Shown piece by piece: positions 24,350-36,583 of a stretch of 64,000 nt of DNA (positions are counted from its first letter, which is position 1; the number at the start of each line of letters is the position of its first letter). The notes beneath the pieces are model-generated. The model was not told the origin of the DNA and did not search any database. It saw nothing but the letters and a program-made list of their open reading frames with translations. Source of the DNA: Selaginella moellendorffii. Its lineage: Eukaryota > Plantae > Lycopodiophyta. The position numbers and the translations under genes were made by a program. The DNA is taken from positions 744,001 through 808,000 of the forward strand of contig NW_003314261.1 of the NCBI RefSeq assembly GCF_000143415.4, given 5' to 3'.

Positions 24350-27300
24350 AGTAACTAGCTTGAATGCAATAGAATGCTTCTAGATTAATTGTCTCATCTT
24401 GAAAATCTCAATGCAGAGATCTAAATATTCCAAATCAATCTCATGTCCATAATTACTATTGGTACGTCAAACATGCCAAGGATTATAGTATTGTGGAATA
24501 GAAGTCATCACCGGATGTTTATGTTAATTCTTGGTTGTAATTATGGGAAAGTTGTTAGTCTCATAATCTTTGTGAGGATAAGGTAAAAATTAATTTTTTT
24601 GTGATAAAGCTTACTAGTGCTTCTGGGCAAGCATTCAAACTATGATAATGAAGTAGAAATTCAATTGCTCACTCTAGGGATTAATCACTCATGCTTCCAT
24701 GTACACAAGAGATGTTCAAGCATGCTTGTCCAAGAGCTATATAGGTAATGCATTGGATAGCCTCATTCTACCACAATCTCTTGCCTTTTCAAGTTCTAAT
24801 TCCAATCACTATATCTTGGAAATAGCCTTATAAGGCATTTAGTTTGTATGCATATACAGAGACCAAAAGTTGAGCATTCAACTCTAGATTGATGCCACAT
24901 TAGAAGACATAGCTAAAGCTATTATGTTGCTTATAGGTGCCAAGAAAAATTTGATTGTTATAGCCATGAATAAGCTTTTACACTTGCCAAAGGATGGGGA
25001 TGTTCTTGCTAATAAGCTTCTTTGTGAAAGTGTAAACATTTGTTGTGACAGATAACCTTGTTGGGTAGTGTTTAGTTTTTCTTAGACCAAATATAGAGGA
25101 CTACAATGTCTCACGTCTGGAAACTCCCTCTATGTACCTTGCTCTAAATATCCTAAGAATGACTTATATTAAAGTTGTGCTTTTTTTCTCATAGAGTAAT
25201 TTGTATATATATTCTGGTTGCCCTATGGCTTTAGATGCCATGATTCTAGGAACAGAATAACAACACAATCTAATCCTTTAAAAATTTAGGGCTTTGAGCT
25301 ATTGAATGAAGGGATGGATTGAACTCCCAAGCATATAGCCAAGGAGCAAAGGAATAACTCTCAAATGTATAGCCAAGGAGAAAAATAATAAAAGTATAAA
25401 ATAATATTGGAACAATCCTAGAACTTTCAACTTTCCAACACCAAGTCTAACATGGAAGACAAAGTTAAATAAAGTTTAGCACTATTTTAGTATATTGATA
25501 ACATGACGATATGGAGTTTGGGCTTAATCCCAAGCTAGTTACAAAACAAGGATATAAATGTTTAGTAAGGAATTAAACAATATCTTAGATTGGTCAATCA
25601 TGTACAACCTACCCACTATCCCTACTATACATTTGGAACACCCCAAGTAATTAGCACAACTAAGTAGTAAGCTTGGATGTGATAGAATGTGATAAAAAGT
25701 TAATTGTTATATTAGAAATTTAAAATATTCCATACACAGTTGTAGTAGATCTTCCACTATCATTGTGCATGCATCAACTAGCTTGAATGTGATAGAATTC
25801 TTGTAGATTGATAGACTCATCTTGTAAATTTCCATGCAAAGATTGAAATACTCTAGACGTGATCATGACAATGCTCTTTAATTAACACTCAAGCTACAAT
25901 AATTCAATCGCTCACCTTAGGGATCAATTGCTTGCACTTCCAAGTACACCAGAGATGTCTAAGTGCACTTGTATAAGAGCTACAAAGGTAATGCATTGGA
26001 CAACGTCATTCTACCTCAATCTCTTGCTTTTTTAGTGTAAGTTATAAATTTTTCCTTTCCAATTTGCCAACTTACCTCATAAATCTAACTAATACTGCCT
26101 TAGCCTTAGTTAAGTTCCCTTGCTAAGGTTCCTGCCTATTGTACCAACTCCTACTTAGTCCTATTTGGTTTCAGCTACTCAACTATACAAATAACGAAGC
26201 ATTAACTATCCATCCACAGATTCCTAAATCTTTCCCAATCCCCCTCCCTGAGTTAAATTGGACTTAAGGTTCGACTACACTCCTTACAAACACAACCAGA
26301 TAAGCGCACTAAGCCACTAGGTTCTTAACATCCCTTGGTACAATAAGACTTGATCATGGGACTCTTTAAATCCCAAGCTTTGGGTGCAACACTTACTTTG
26401 GGACACCGGGGGGAAACACCGTGGCTTAACAGTTTGATATGGGTACACCTACTCCCCTACTTCCATCCCAAAGGGAAGGCCCAACCCCTAAGAAGGGTGA
26501 GGACCAATGAGCCACAAAGTACTCAAGTGGGGCACCACTCTATATGAGTTGGGAGCACTGTAATCGATTTTCCTTCCGAGAGTGGGAGTTGCTCTTGAGC
26601 ACTTCCCCCTCCGACACCACCCAAGTCTATGCTCATTCCCACCCAAGGCCCCTCAGCCTCAATCTCAACCTCGAGTTTGGAAGCACTACTGGAAAGTTCC
26701 TTCAAGGTTAATTCTTAGACTTCACTATCCCTACTATACTTTTGGAATCCCTAGTAACCCCCCCCCCTCTCAACATCCAAGTCCCAACTCTAGTCATTAT
26801 ATCCTAATAATGGCCTACAAGGTATCCAGCTTGTATTCAACTCTAGATTGATGCCACATTGGAAGACCTGGCTAAAGTTGTCATGTTGCTTATAGAAACC
26901 AAGAAGAGTTTGATCGTTATGGCCATGAATAAATTTTTGCACCTACCAAAGGATAGGGATGTTCTTGATGGTAAGCTTTTCCATTTCTATATGAAAGTGT
27001 AAATATTGGTTATGACAATCAATCTTGTTAGGTAGAGTTTAGTTTTTCTTGGACTAAATATGGGGGACTACAAGCCCCCATATTTGGAAACTCCCTCTGT
27101 GTACCACACCCTAAACATACTGGTAATTATTTACTTTGAAGTTGCTTTTATTTGTTCTTAAAGAGTAGTTGACAAGTATCCTTTGATTGCCCCTCGGCTT
27201 TAGATGCCATGATGTTAGGAATAGAGATGATGACATAACTTGATTTTCTAAAGTTTTAGGGCCTTGAGCCACTGAATGAATGGAAGGATTGAACTCCCAA

Positions 27301-27910
27301 ACATATAGCCAAGGAGAAAACAACAAAAGTATGAAATACTTCTTAAGCATACAACCAAAGGGGCACAAAGCAACATTAGAACAATCCTAACGTTTTCACT
27401 ATCCCAATGCTAAGACTAATATGCAAACTAAATAGAGCCTAATGTCATTTTAATATATTAGTGGCTTAATACAAGGATAAAGGTACTCCACCAGCTAGTA
27501 TAATATAAAACTTGCATTTAGACTTAAGCAGAATATAAAACAAGGATAAACATGTATAATGGGAACTAAATAATGTCTTAGAGTGATTAGCCATACTTAT
27601 CTTACTATAGTGCATATGATCATGAAATGAGATTTGAATATATTGTCATTGTGAATCTTTGGAACATTAAAAGATACATTGGGATAAAATAACCACTAAA
27701 GGCTCTTTTATCAAACAATTACTCATTTTCTAGTTGGTTTAAGAGGAAAGATATAAGATGTGTTACACCTAACTATCTCTTCTATACATTTGGAACCTTT
27801 GTTTTGCATAACCAAGTGAATGTGATAGAATGTGATAAAAAGCTACTATTTCAAGTGGTAACTAATTTAAATGCGATAAAATGCTTGTAGATTGATTGCT
27901 TCATCTTGCA
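24350..27910. repeat. Old duplicated, AT-decayed segments carrying relics of the LTR family; LTR-like insert at about 26037-26775
   Basis: 24350-25680 resembles 25780-27900; gaactcccaagcat..gccaaggag matches the LTR; 26037-26750 is an inverted homolog of 54880-55597 and is bounded by TG..CA. Confidence 0.55.
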
Positions 27911-27913
27911 AAT

Positions 27914-30303
27914 TTTGAGGCTGGCCGGGGTTTTCAACGTGAGAGATCACATCCCGGGGAAACTCCGGTCAATGGAGCTTTAGAAGCAAGCTCAAGGGAT
28001 TGGAGTTTAAAAATCTCTCTGGCAGCTCTCTAGGAGCTAATTACAGTTTTCCAGGATTTCTTCTTCTATCGAGAAACTAGTCATCCCATCATTATGGTTC
28101 GTTTTTTTTTTCCTTTTCTTTTCTTTTCTTTTAAATGGTGATGAGAAAGAAACAGCAGTGACTGTGATCACTGCTTCTCTTTGTGTCTTGCCGTACAATG
28201 GTTTTTCCAACGTCCGATGTTGTAGAATTCCCCCTTTGGTTGACAAGATCTCTATTTGATCTTCGATCACTGAAACTTAAAATCCCAGAAGAAAGAGAGA
28301 CAGTAGAGCAAATTCTATATCAAAGTGATGAAACCGAGTTCCATCTCGGGCAATAATATGCCAGTTTATCATCTTGGACGCCATGCTCGGACTGTCATAC
28401 TGTTGGAAAACTCAAGTTTTTGATGATCCTCAGTGTTGATACTCGCGGGCTTATGAACAAATTCCAGTTTACAACTCCAGGGTGAGGAACAAGCTCTTGG
28501 AGTCCACACTTCGGATACATGGTGATGGAGCGTCTTCCTCACACTTATGTTTCCAAAGTGTTGTTTGCTCTCAAGTATGTGACTTGTGGATGTGCTTGCC
28601 GTTATCGCAAAGGATCCGGACTGAGCAAGCTCCAAGGATTGCTACGTACGTGAAAGCATCCGGCTCCAGCCCCTGTGATCGCATCTTCCAGTGTGTCTCG
28701 CATTGCTGCCATGGACCGAAAGGCCCTGGCAGCATGCAAGCTCTTGGACAAAGAAGGGGTGAAAAGCCGGGGAGCTTGGATTTCAGAAGGACGTGGTGGT
28801 GGCCACGTCTTTGATCCATCTCTTCACGAAGTGCGGGTGCCTAGAGGAGATGCTGGAAAGTGTGTAAGTGTCGATGGAGATCTCTTCTCTTACCATCTCC
28901 TTGTAAATCTCCGGTGCCTCCTTGGTACATAGCATTCTGGACGTAGCACTCGACGAGGTTGCTCCGTTGTCGTCCTGTCGTGCACGGGCATCAATCGGGG
29001 AAGTAAGCTCGCGAGGATCACATGTAGAGATCAACAGAAAGCCTGAACAATCCTCACAAATAGTTTGTTCAAGTTTAAACTCTCATCTGGAGAATTATAA
29101 ATTGGTTAATGGGTGAGCTGACATTGGGCCACAAGCTTGTCTGGTGAACTTCCTTGTCAGCAAATATAGTGTGATGCTATAACGAACAATGATTTTCAAT
29201 TATGACCAATATCCTGGTGAAGACTTCCCTAAACAAGAATCCTCAAATTGGATTGACAATGTGTTTGCTTCTATTTTTTCATCTAGCTGCTGGTGAAAGT
29301 CTTGACGCACCAGAGCATATGGCTTGAGTCCCAGACCTTGATCGTTCGTGAGCAAGAACGAACTCCGGGCACCTCATTCTTGCGAAGATCCTATGAATCA
29401 TTCCCAAAGAAAACTTGTGTCCACCAATTTGTCCGGGAGAGACTTGGCAGAGATCCTAGAGGAACACAAGGAAGAGTTGTTGATCTGGTGCTTAGTGTCG
29501 CAATTTAGAGACTTGGGTCTTCCAAAGTTGTCTTGATGCCACGACAGGTGGTCTCGCGGCTAAAATAAAAAAGTAAAAAGCACTCCATCATTTCTTTTGT
29601 TTCTCTCAAGGAGGAAGAACTTCTTCTCGACGGTTCGCTCGCTAGAGATTGAATCCTATTGGATACTACCCATCTTCTTACGAAATTCCACTATTTTATT
29701 TAGAGACAGGGATCAACGCTCCTTGACACAGAGACGTCTGTCCGGCTTGTCATACCTGGGAAGGAGTTCTTGCGGAGCTTTTTTTGATACCTCGGTCTCC
29801 GGGTTGGGCGCCTCCCATCCTTTCTTCTTGTCGGCCGATTCTTTCCTTGGCCGGGCAGCCTTGGCCTCCTCGTAGCTCTTCAGTGCCTCACGAGTTCGCT
29901 CCTCTGCTAATTTGAGCACCTCCCTAAGTCTTGGGCTCATCCACTCCATCGCAAACCCTAACTCGCACAGCTTTGGTGAATAAAATAAAGCTACCCTTTG
30001 TGGTTGGACTAAAATCGTACACGAAATCAGCTTATATTTTATGTGGGATCATCTTTCTTTCAAAGAAACTACAACAGTGAAAGCATTGACAGACAAACCA
30101 GGTTTTATCCATATTCATCTTCCCCAGATCACCATCCAGCTTCCAGTCGCCGAGCTTGGCACCAGGGCAAATTCTCCTGCCATGGCCAAAGGCATCGATG
30201 TCTGGCATGAAACACTGCGGGCGAAACTCTAGAGGGTCTTTCCAAAACCTCTCGTCCATGGTGATCTAGTAGGTGTTGATGTAGATTGTGGTATCGTCTG
30301 GGA
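27914..30303 (-). repeat. Inverted copy of the 3.09-kb unit (3' part of P450, small ORF, PPR fragment, start of the next unit)
   Basis: The same ORFs as 1-3300 appear on the opposite strand. Confidence 0.95.
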
Positions 30304-30836
30304 GGGCGCGGACCATACTTTGAGCTCACGAGTTGAAGAGTTGAGCTCACAAGTTGAGCTCAATTTTCAATTATAATTTAGTACAAACATTATAAATTTT
30401 AAAATTTTAAGGTTATGGCGAACCTAATAATTTAATAACTCTCTATATATTATATAGATAAAAATGTTCTAAAGAACACTTTTTGTTCTAATAATTTAAA
30501 TATTTACTACATGCAATGATAGGGACATTTGTTAGAACATAAAATAAAATGTTTGCAAAAAGAGTATTCTTGTCACTTCGTTAAATTTGTACTCTATCTA
30601 GTAAATGTTAGGTTTGTCAGAATTAAAAAATTATTAAATTTGAAATAAGATTCTATGTGAAGCCATATAACCGTTTGAAAGGAAAAAAAATAACCGTTGA
30701 TGTAAGCTTATTGGATATAAAAGAAAGACTTGGTTCTTTGTAGAATACATTCTTGAGGGGTTTGTCGTAGCATATTGTCTAGAATTTATAGATCTTCATT
30801 CACACTCTCATTCGAAAAAGGGAAATACACCCACAA

Positions 30837-31217
30837 ATGTCTATAGGTTCTAGTGTTGGTAATTTTAACTATCACAATCTTTCTTCTCAGGGCTCAAGGG
30901 CTAGGAGATGCAATAACTATCCCATTGCACAGCATAACCAAATCACACAAGAGAATGAAAGAGAGGATAGTAAGGATAGTGATCATGAGTTGGAGATAAA
31001 TGTAATGACAGAGGGTGCAACAAATTGGGTGAAAAAGAATGCCCTCTTACTTGTTTTAGAAAAGTGCAATTCTGCCATTTTCAAGAAGTGCCCCATATGT
31101 TTTCTAGCGTTTGGTGGAAACAATAGCAATGATCAGTATGATGGTATATATGCTCTTGCGACACACTGCAACATCACGCACCCAAAAACTACCATGAAAT
31201 CTTTTTTGAGATGGTAA
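30837..31217 (+). CDS. Transposon-borne small ORF with putative CxxC..HC zinc finger
   Basis: CPICFLAF..YDGIYALATHCNITH; similar to the ORF at 41569-42178. Confidence 0.4.
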   Translation: MSIGSSVGNFNYHNLSSQGSRARRCNNYPIAQHNQITQENEREDSKDSDHELEINVMTEGATNWVKKNALLLVLEKCNSAIFKKCPICFLAFGGNNSNDQYDGIYALATHCNITHPKTTMKSFLRW

Positions 31218-31379
31218 GGATAGAAATGGAGACACACGAGTACTATGGGCAGTATTGCGAGAAGAACACTCGGAAGCATATAAAATGAAAAGTGAAATGA
31301 AAAAGCACATTTGTATTAATTATATAAAGTATAATAAGTTTTATTGATAGAGAATAAACATCGATAGTGTTGGAGAAAT

Positions 31380-34300
31380 CTAATTAGCTCCAAAAGTTTT
31401 CTGCAACTCAGCAATAGTAAGGCTTGCTTGGTGTATATGAATATCCACTTTAGGATCCTGGTACACAATGTTGATGAAGATGTAGTACATATGCTTGCAA
31501 GGAGCATATGCCTTCCTATGTTCCTCACGCTTCGTAAAGTCTGGACATGTGCAAGAAGGAAAGTCGTGAATGGCAATTGTGTACTCTCCACCTTCTGTTT
31601 TGACTGTGTACTCCTTTGCAAGCGCAGCAATGTACTTCGTGGAGAGAATCTCACACTCAAGTGTTTGAGCCAAGTTTATTTTACCTTGCTTCTGCTTGGA
31701 GATGGTACCAATAAATTTAACTGCCTTACCTTTTCGTGCTGGCCTCCTATGCATCTCTGTAAGAATAGTCCTGCTCCTGTCACTCATGTCTCCAACTCTC
31801 CTCTCAAGATTAAAACCAGATTTCTCAAGGTTTTCAATCTCATCCGAGGTGAGCGTGACCCCATTAGCAACCGGCCATTCTTTAGGTACTGCATCAGGTT
31901 TAGTCACTATAGTGCCTTCAAGCCGCTTCGTATGGTTGGCGTCGGTGTTGCAACAATATAGCCAGCACCATCTTGAAAATCCTGCTTACTTTCGTTCCCC
32001 ATAGAAACATGGGGCTGGAACAGAAGCAGAGTTTTCACCACGAATCCAGGCCCAACACTTGCCCCTCGAAAGCATCCCCACACACCTTACATTCGATTTT
32101 GCTGGCACGCGTCGGATTGCCCATTGCTTTGGCTCCACGCTACGGTAAGTAATTTCAACCTGTTGCGATGCACTCTTTTCATCAGCCACTTGAGGTGGCT
32201 CGGTCCGAGAGCGGTGTCTTGGAGCAGAATGGTACTCGATATCAGGTCTGTGAGAGCTTTTTGCTCCAAGGTCCGTACCAACATCTTCCCCAGCAAAGGA
32301 AAAACGATGCTTTGAGCGGACAGTTTTCATATCACCAATAGAAGCTCGGGGAGTGTACTCCATAGATGTGCGACGGACCACTTCCTCAACTACAGTTGCC
32401 ACTGTTCGGGCGGGTGGAGTTAATTTTCTCTTCATCCTATCATGTAACATCTCAATAGAAGGCCCTGTTCCCATGTATCTTCCTTCCTCGAATGCCAGTG
32501 CTTTTGAAGATTGCTCTATAGCACGTATCAAATTTTATAGACAGGCTTCGTATAGACTCATCTTCCCTTTCCCTACCTCAGAGGAACGCCAACTCCAATG
32601 CTTATTTTCGGAGGGATTCACAGTTGGGGTGTATGCGAGGTCCTCAAGTGGTTGATCCTAATGGAAAAGGCAATATTAAAAGGTAATAAAAGGAGAAGAA
32701 AAAATATAAACCAACCTGAAAAGAGTGATGTCCCCATTGGAACATCCTAACTTCCCACCATCCTAACCATGACTCAAGTTGTGGTAGGCAACTTATGTCT
32801 GTATAGCCATCTTCACGCCACCACATTCGAATTTTGTTTGCTTTTGCCTCATGCTCTTCTTCAGAAGGTGCAACCTGCCATTGTTTGCACAACTCCTTAA
32901 ATATTGATTGAAACTCTGGCTTGATAAGATGGCAGTGCTGGTTTAGGCTTTGAGCCCAATGGAACTCACAAATCCTCTCACGACTTTCCAATGGTTGACC
33001 ATTCCCAAAAACTGCTCAGATACCATTCCAGTTTGCACCAGCCCCATCTGCCATGAAACCACGAAAGTTTGCAGGCTTACCAGTCCGCTTTAGGACAATA
33101 TCAGAGAGGGACTTCCAAAATATTTCCTGTGCTGTCTGGTCTTATACTTTAAACTCTGCTGTCGCAATTGTTAAGTTACAACGTAGCCTATGAAAACATA
33201 AATATTATAACAATTTCAATATAATGAGAATTAAAATTACCTTGGATCATACACATGAGCTCCCATGGTTGTCCAACCGGATACACGCTCCATATGGTCA
33301 AAATGTACCTATGCATTTACAAGGTCACTGGACCCAAACATGTCCATTCGGGAGACAAGATTTACGCCAGAGGCAGGGCCTATGGTAGACATTTTGAAGA
33401 TGAAGGGGCGCTCTTGCTCATTCACAACTTGGTCTGGAAACAAACTTCCGTGGATGAACTCGTATGGACAGGTCCGTTTCAATTCAAGGATGGAGTCAAT
33501 TTTTGATTGCAACTTCCCCTCTCGAGATTCACACATCCAAGATTTTATCCTAAACAATATAATGTAAGAAAAAATTATTATTATAACGTATGAAAAATAA
33601 CGGATGTACCTCCTTAGGCTAGTAGCAGGTTGTACTCCTCGTAGTAAGTCCCGCAAGCTAGCCTTGTTTAGTTGAGTCTTTTGGCAACCTGGATTGAGTA
33701 AGGTATTTGCGATAAAATCCTTGAGGACGGTCTTCTGAACATGCTTCGGAGTTGCAGATGAGTTTCTCATAGTCTCTTCCTGTACAGCATCTTTGAAATG
33801 GTTGAGAGAACTCCTTTGTATCCCTTCCTACATTGGATGCATATGTGTGCCAACACGCACTGCAGCTCTTCCAGCCACTCCATCCCGTGGAAGAAAGTAG
33901 TACATCTTGGCCTCACAGATAGCACGACATAGAGGAGCATTTTTGCAGAATCGACATTTGAATCCAACAGCAATGGTGTCACAGACTGGAGGATTGACTG
34001 CAGACCCTTCGAAAAATATAGAGTTTCTAGAGCGGTCTCGATTGCATGCTTCATCCACACAATCTAAATGCCCGCCACAATGAACTATAAACACTGTGCC
34101 TTCAAAATGTTGGAAGTGTGTGGTTTTGATCTTGCACCAATTGTGGACATCCTGCTTGGTTTCCATCCCCTTCCGTTTGGAACCTGTGCTGCTAACAAGA
34201 GGTGGTAGCTCGAAGAAAATGTTGCTGTTGTAGGAGGATGGAAGCTCACTCACAAGCCTATACAAAAACAAGTGCACGTCAATTGAGAGGCGTGAAAACT

Positions 34301-34641
34301 GGAAAGCATTGCTAACGGCTTTGAATATTGCTAAAGTTGGAGCTGGAGCTGGTGAATTTGGCGCCGACACTAGCATGACATCTCCACTTGAACTAGAAGA
34401 GGACGAGAGGATAACGACTGACTCTTGCTTCACATTCACTTTCGCTGGAGCGCATTTTGGCATTTTGACTGGAGATCCGAACACTCGAATCTCCTTCGAC
34501 TTGGAATTTTGTAAATCCCATTGTTGTCCACCCTTGCCCACACCAGAAAGAAGAAACTCCGAGTATGCAACTATACCGGTGTCGTTACGGATCACAGCCT
34601 CTAAAGAAATAGAGCCAAGACGAAGATCAAAACGCTGACAT
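31380..34641 (-). pseudogene. MULE-type transposase (WRKY/GCM-like Zn domain, DDE core, C-terminal SWIM finger), spliced, with several premature stops
   Basis: CGGHLDCVDEAC..CRFC..C..GTHMHP; VHFD, FMADGAGA, RICEFHW, VNPSE; SWIM CTCPDF..CKHMY. ORF pieces join in frame across single stops (33828, 33309, 31986); there is a +1 T frameshift just after the ATG at 34641. Confidence 0.85.
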
Positions 34642-35529
34642 AAAAAACTTTCAGAAACAATACTCTGAGAGAATGAAAGAGGTGGGTGATCTCAAAAATG
34701 AAGAAGAAACCTCTCCATCCTTTTTAATAGGTTTTGGAGTTCTCTCTCTTTATGCTACTTGTAAAAATCTATAGTGAAACATAATTGAAATTTAAATAGA
34801 GTAATAAGAAGACAACGTACAAAATGAATTTAAATTCTATAGCAAATTTAACATGTGTAAGTGTGACAGTATTAATATTACTGTCATCTATTATGATGTC
34901 TGATGTATGTATACACATAGATCCAAGGAAAGATTTTCAGCACGTGAAGTTTGATAGTTAATAATGATACCAATAATGACATTCTGCTATAACGTGTTAA
35001 ACCAAGAGATCCAATCTAACTATCAGCACGTGTGATATGTCAAGTTGTCAAATTTTAAGTGGTAGATGATAATAAATCTTGTCAAATATTATTCTTCAAT
35101 AACAGATTTGATTTGTACTACAACTCAAGTTTTATCCATAATTATGAACACTGCTCGATGACATTTAAAGCACGTGCCTATTGTTTAGGATCTAATGCAA
35201 CACAAAATAAATTTCTGGATGAGGATTCATCCATTCATAGATGGATATAGTACAACATATTTTAACGTGCCTTATTTATACTCTTTGAAGTTCTTGTAAC
35301 GATTCCAAAATATGTACAAAATATTGATGAGAATGCATCCTTTCTAGATAATTTGTAAAATATAATATCATATCTCTAATAACAGAAATGTTGATAGGTG
35401 CTAGTTATACCATCATTAAAATATACAAAATAAAGAAGCATAATTTACATATAATAATAATGATAAGATAAAATAAGATCAAAGATATTGTGATGGTTGA
35501 GATTTAGGTTATTCGGAATGAACGGCCAG

Positions 35530-35870
35530 GATTAGAGATTGGTTAGGGTTAGGGCAGCCATCAGGATTAGGGTTAGGGTAGCCGCCAAGATTAGGTTACA
35601 GTTCGCATCGTGAGTGGAGCGCGCGAGAGATCGAGAGATCGAGCGCGAAGGAGATCGAGGGATTGAGTGCGAAGGAGATCGAGCGATTGAGCGCGCAAGA
35701 GATCGAGAGATTGAGCGCATGAGCGGGAGAGATTGAGCGTGCGAGCGGGAGAGTTTGAGCGCGCGAGCGGGAGAGTTTGAGCGCGCGAGCGGGAGAGATT
35801 GAGCGGAGCTGGAGAGATTGAGTGCGTGAGCAGGAGAGATTGAGTGCGCGAGCGGGAGAGATTGAGCGCA
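35530..35870. repeat. TTAGGG-like motifs followed by a roughly 22-bp GA/GC-rich minisatellite
   Basis: GGTTAGGGTTAGGG and ATTAGGGTTAGGG; repeats of gagcgcgcgagcgggagagatt. Confidence 0.8.
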
Positions 35871-36019
35871 CAAGAAATCTAGCACGATCAAGAAATCAAG
35901 GGAGGAAAGATGCCACCAAGGGTGAGTTTCGATTTGATTGCTTCCACTTCCATTTTTTGAGTCCATTGCTTCCATTCCATTGCTTCCCTTTTTTTTCCTT
36001 GATTGCTTCTTTGCTGGCC

Positions 36020-36470
36020 GAGATCAAGCTCGGGCCGGCCACCTCGGGCAGTTTTGCTTGCTGAGGGGCCGAGGTTATTCAAATAACCTCGGCCCCTCGG
36101 CGAGCAAAACTGCCCGAGCTTGAGCTCGGGCCGGCCACCTCGGGTAGTTTTGCTTGCCGAGGGGCCGAGGTTATTCAAATAACCTTGGCCCCTCGGCAAG
36201 CAAAACTGCCCGAGCTCGAGCTCCGGCCGGCCACCTCGGGCAGTTTTGCTTGCCCAGGGGCCGAGGTTATTCAAATAACCTCGGCCCCTCGGTGAGCAAA
36301 ACTGCCCGAGCTCGAGGATAGGTCGGCCACCTCGGGCAGTTTTGCTTGCCTAGGGGCCGAGGTTATTCTAATAACCTCGGACCCTCGGTGAGCAAAACTG
36401 CCCGAGGTCGAGCTCCATTCTTCCACCTCAGGCAGTTTGGCATGCCGAGAACCCGAGGTATTTCCATTAA
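36020..36470. repeat. Array of 96-bp units, each with a 76-bp palindrome (4 full units plus a degenerate one)
   Basis: Units start at 36041, 36137, 36233, 36329 and 36425; 37-bp arms ctcgggcagttttgc..gaggttatt / aataacctc..gcaaaactgcccgag. Confidence 0.93.
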
Positions 36471-36483
36471 GCTCGTATTGTGG

Positions 36484-36583
36484 NNNNNNNNNNNNNNNNN
36501 NNNNNNNNNNNNNNNNNNNNNNNNNNNNNNNNNNNNNNNNNNNNNNNNNNNNNNNNNNNNNNNNNNNNNNNNNNNNNNNNNNN
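36484..36583. other. Assembly gap (100 N)
   Basis: Run of N; true length unknown; it may hide the start of the downstream gene. Confidence 1.

Noticed and set aside
36020-36470. CRISPR-like appearance of the regularly spaced palindromes
   Set aside because: The linkers are near-identical rather than unique spacers, the repeats are 76 bp, there are no cas genes, and the context is eukaryotic.
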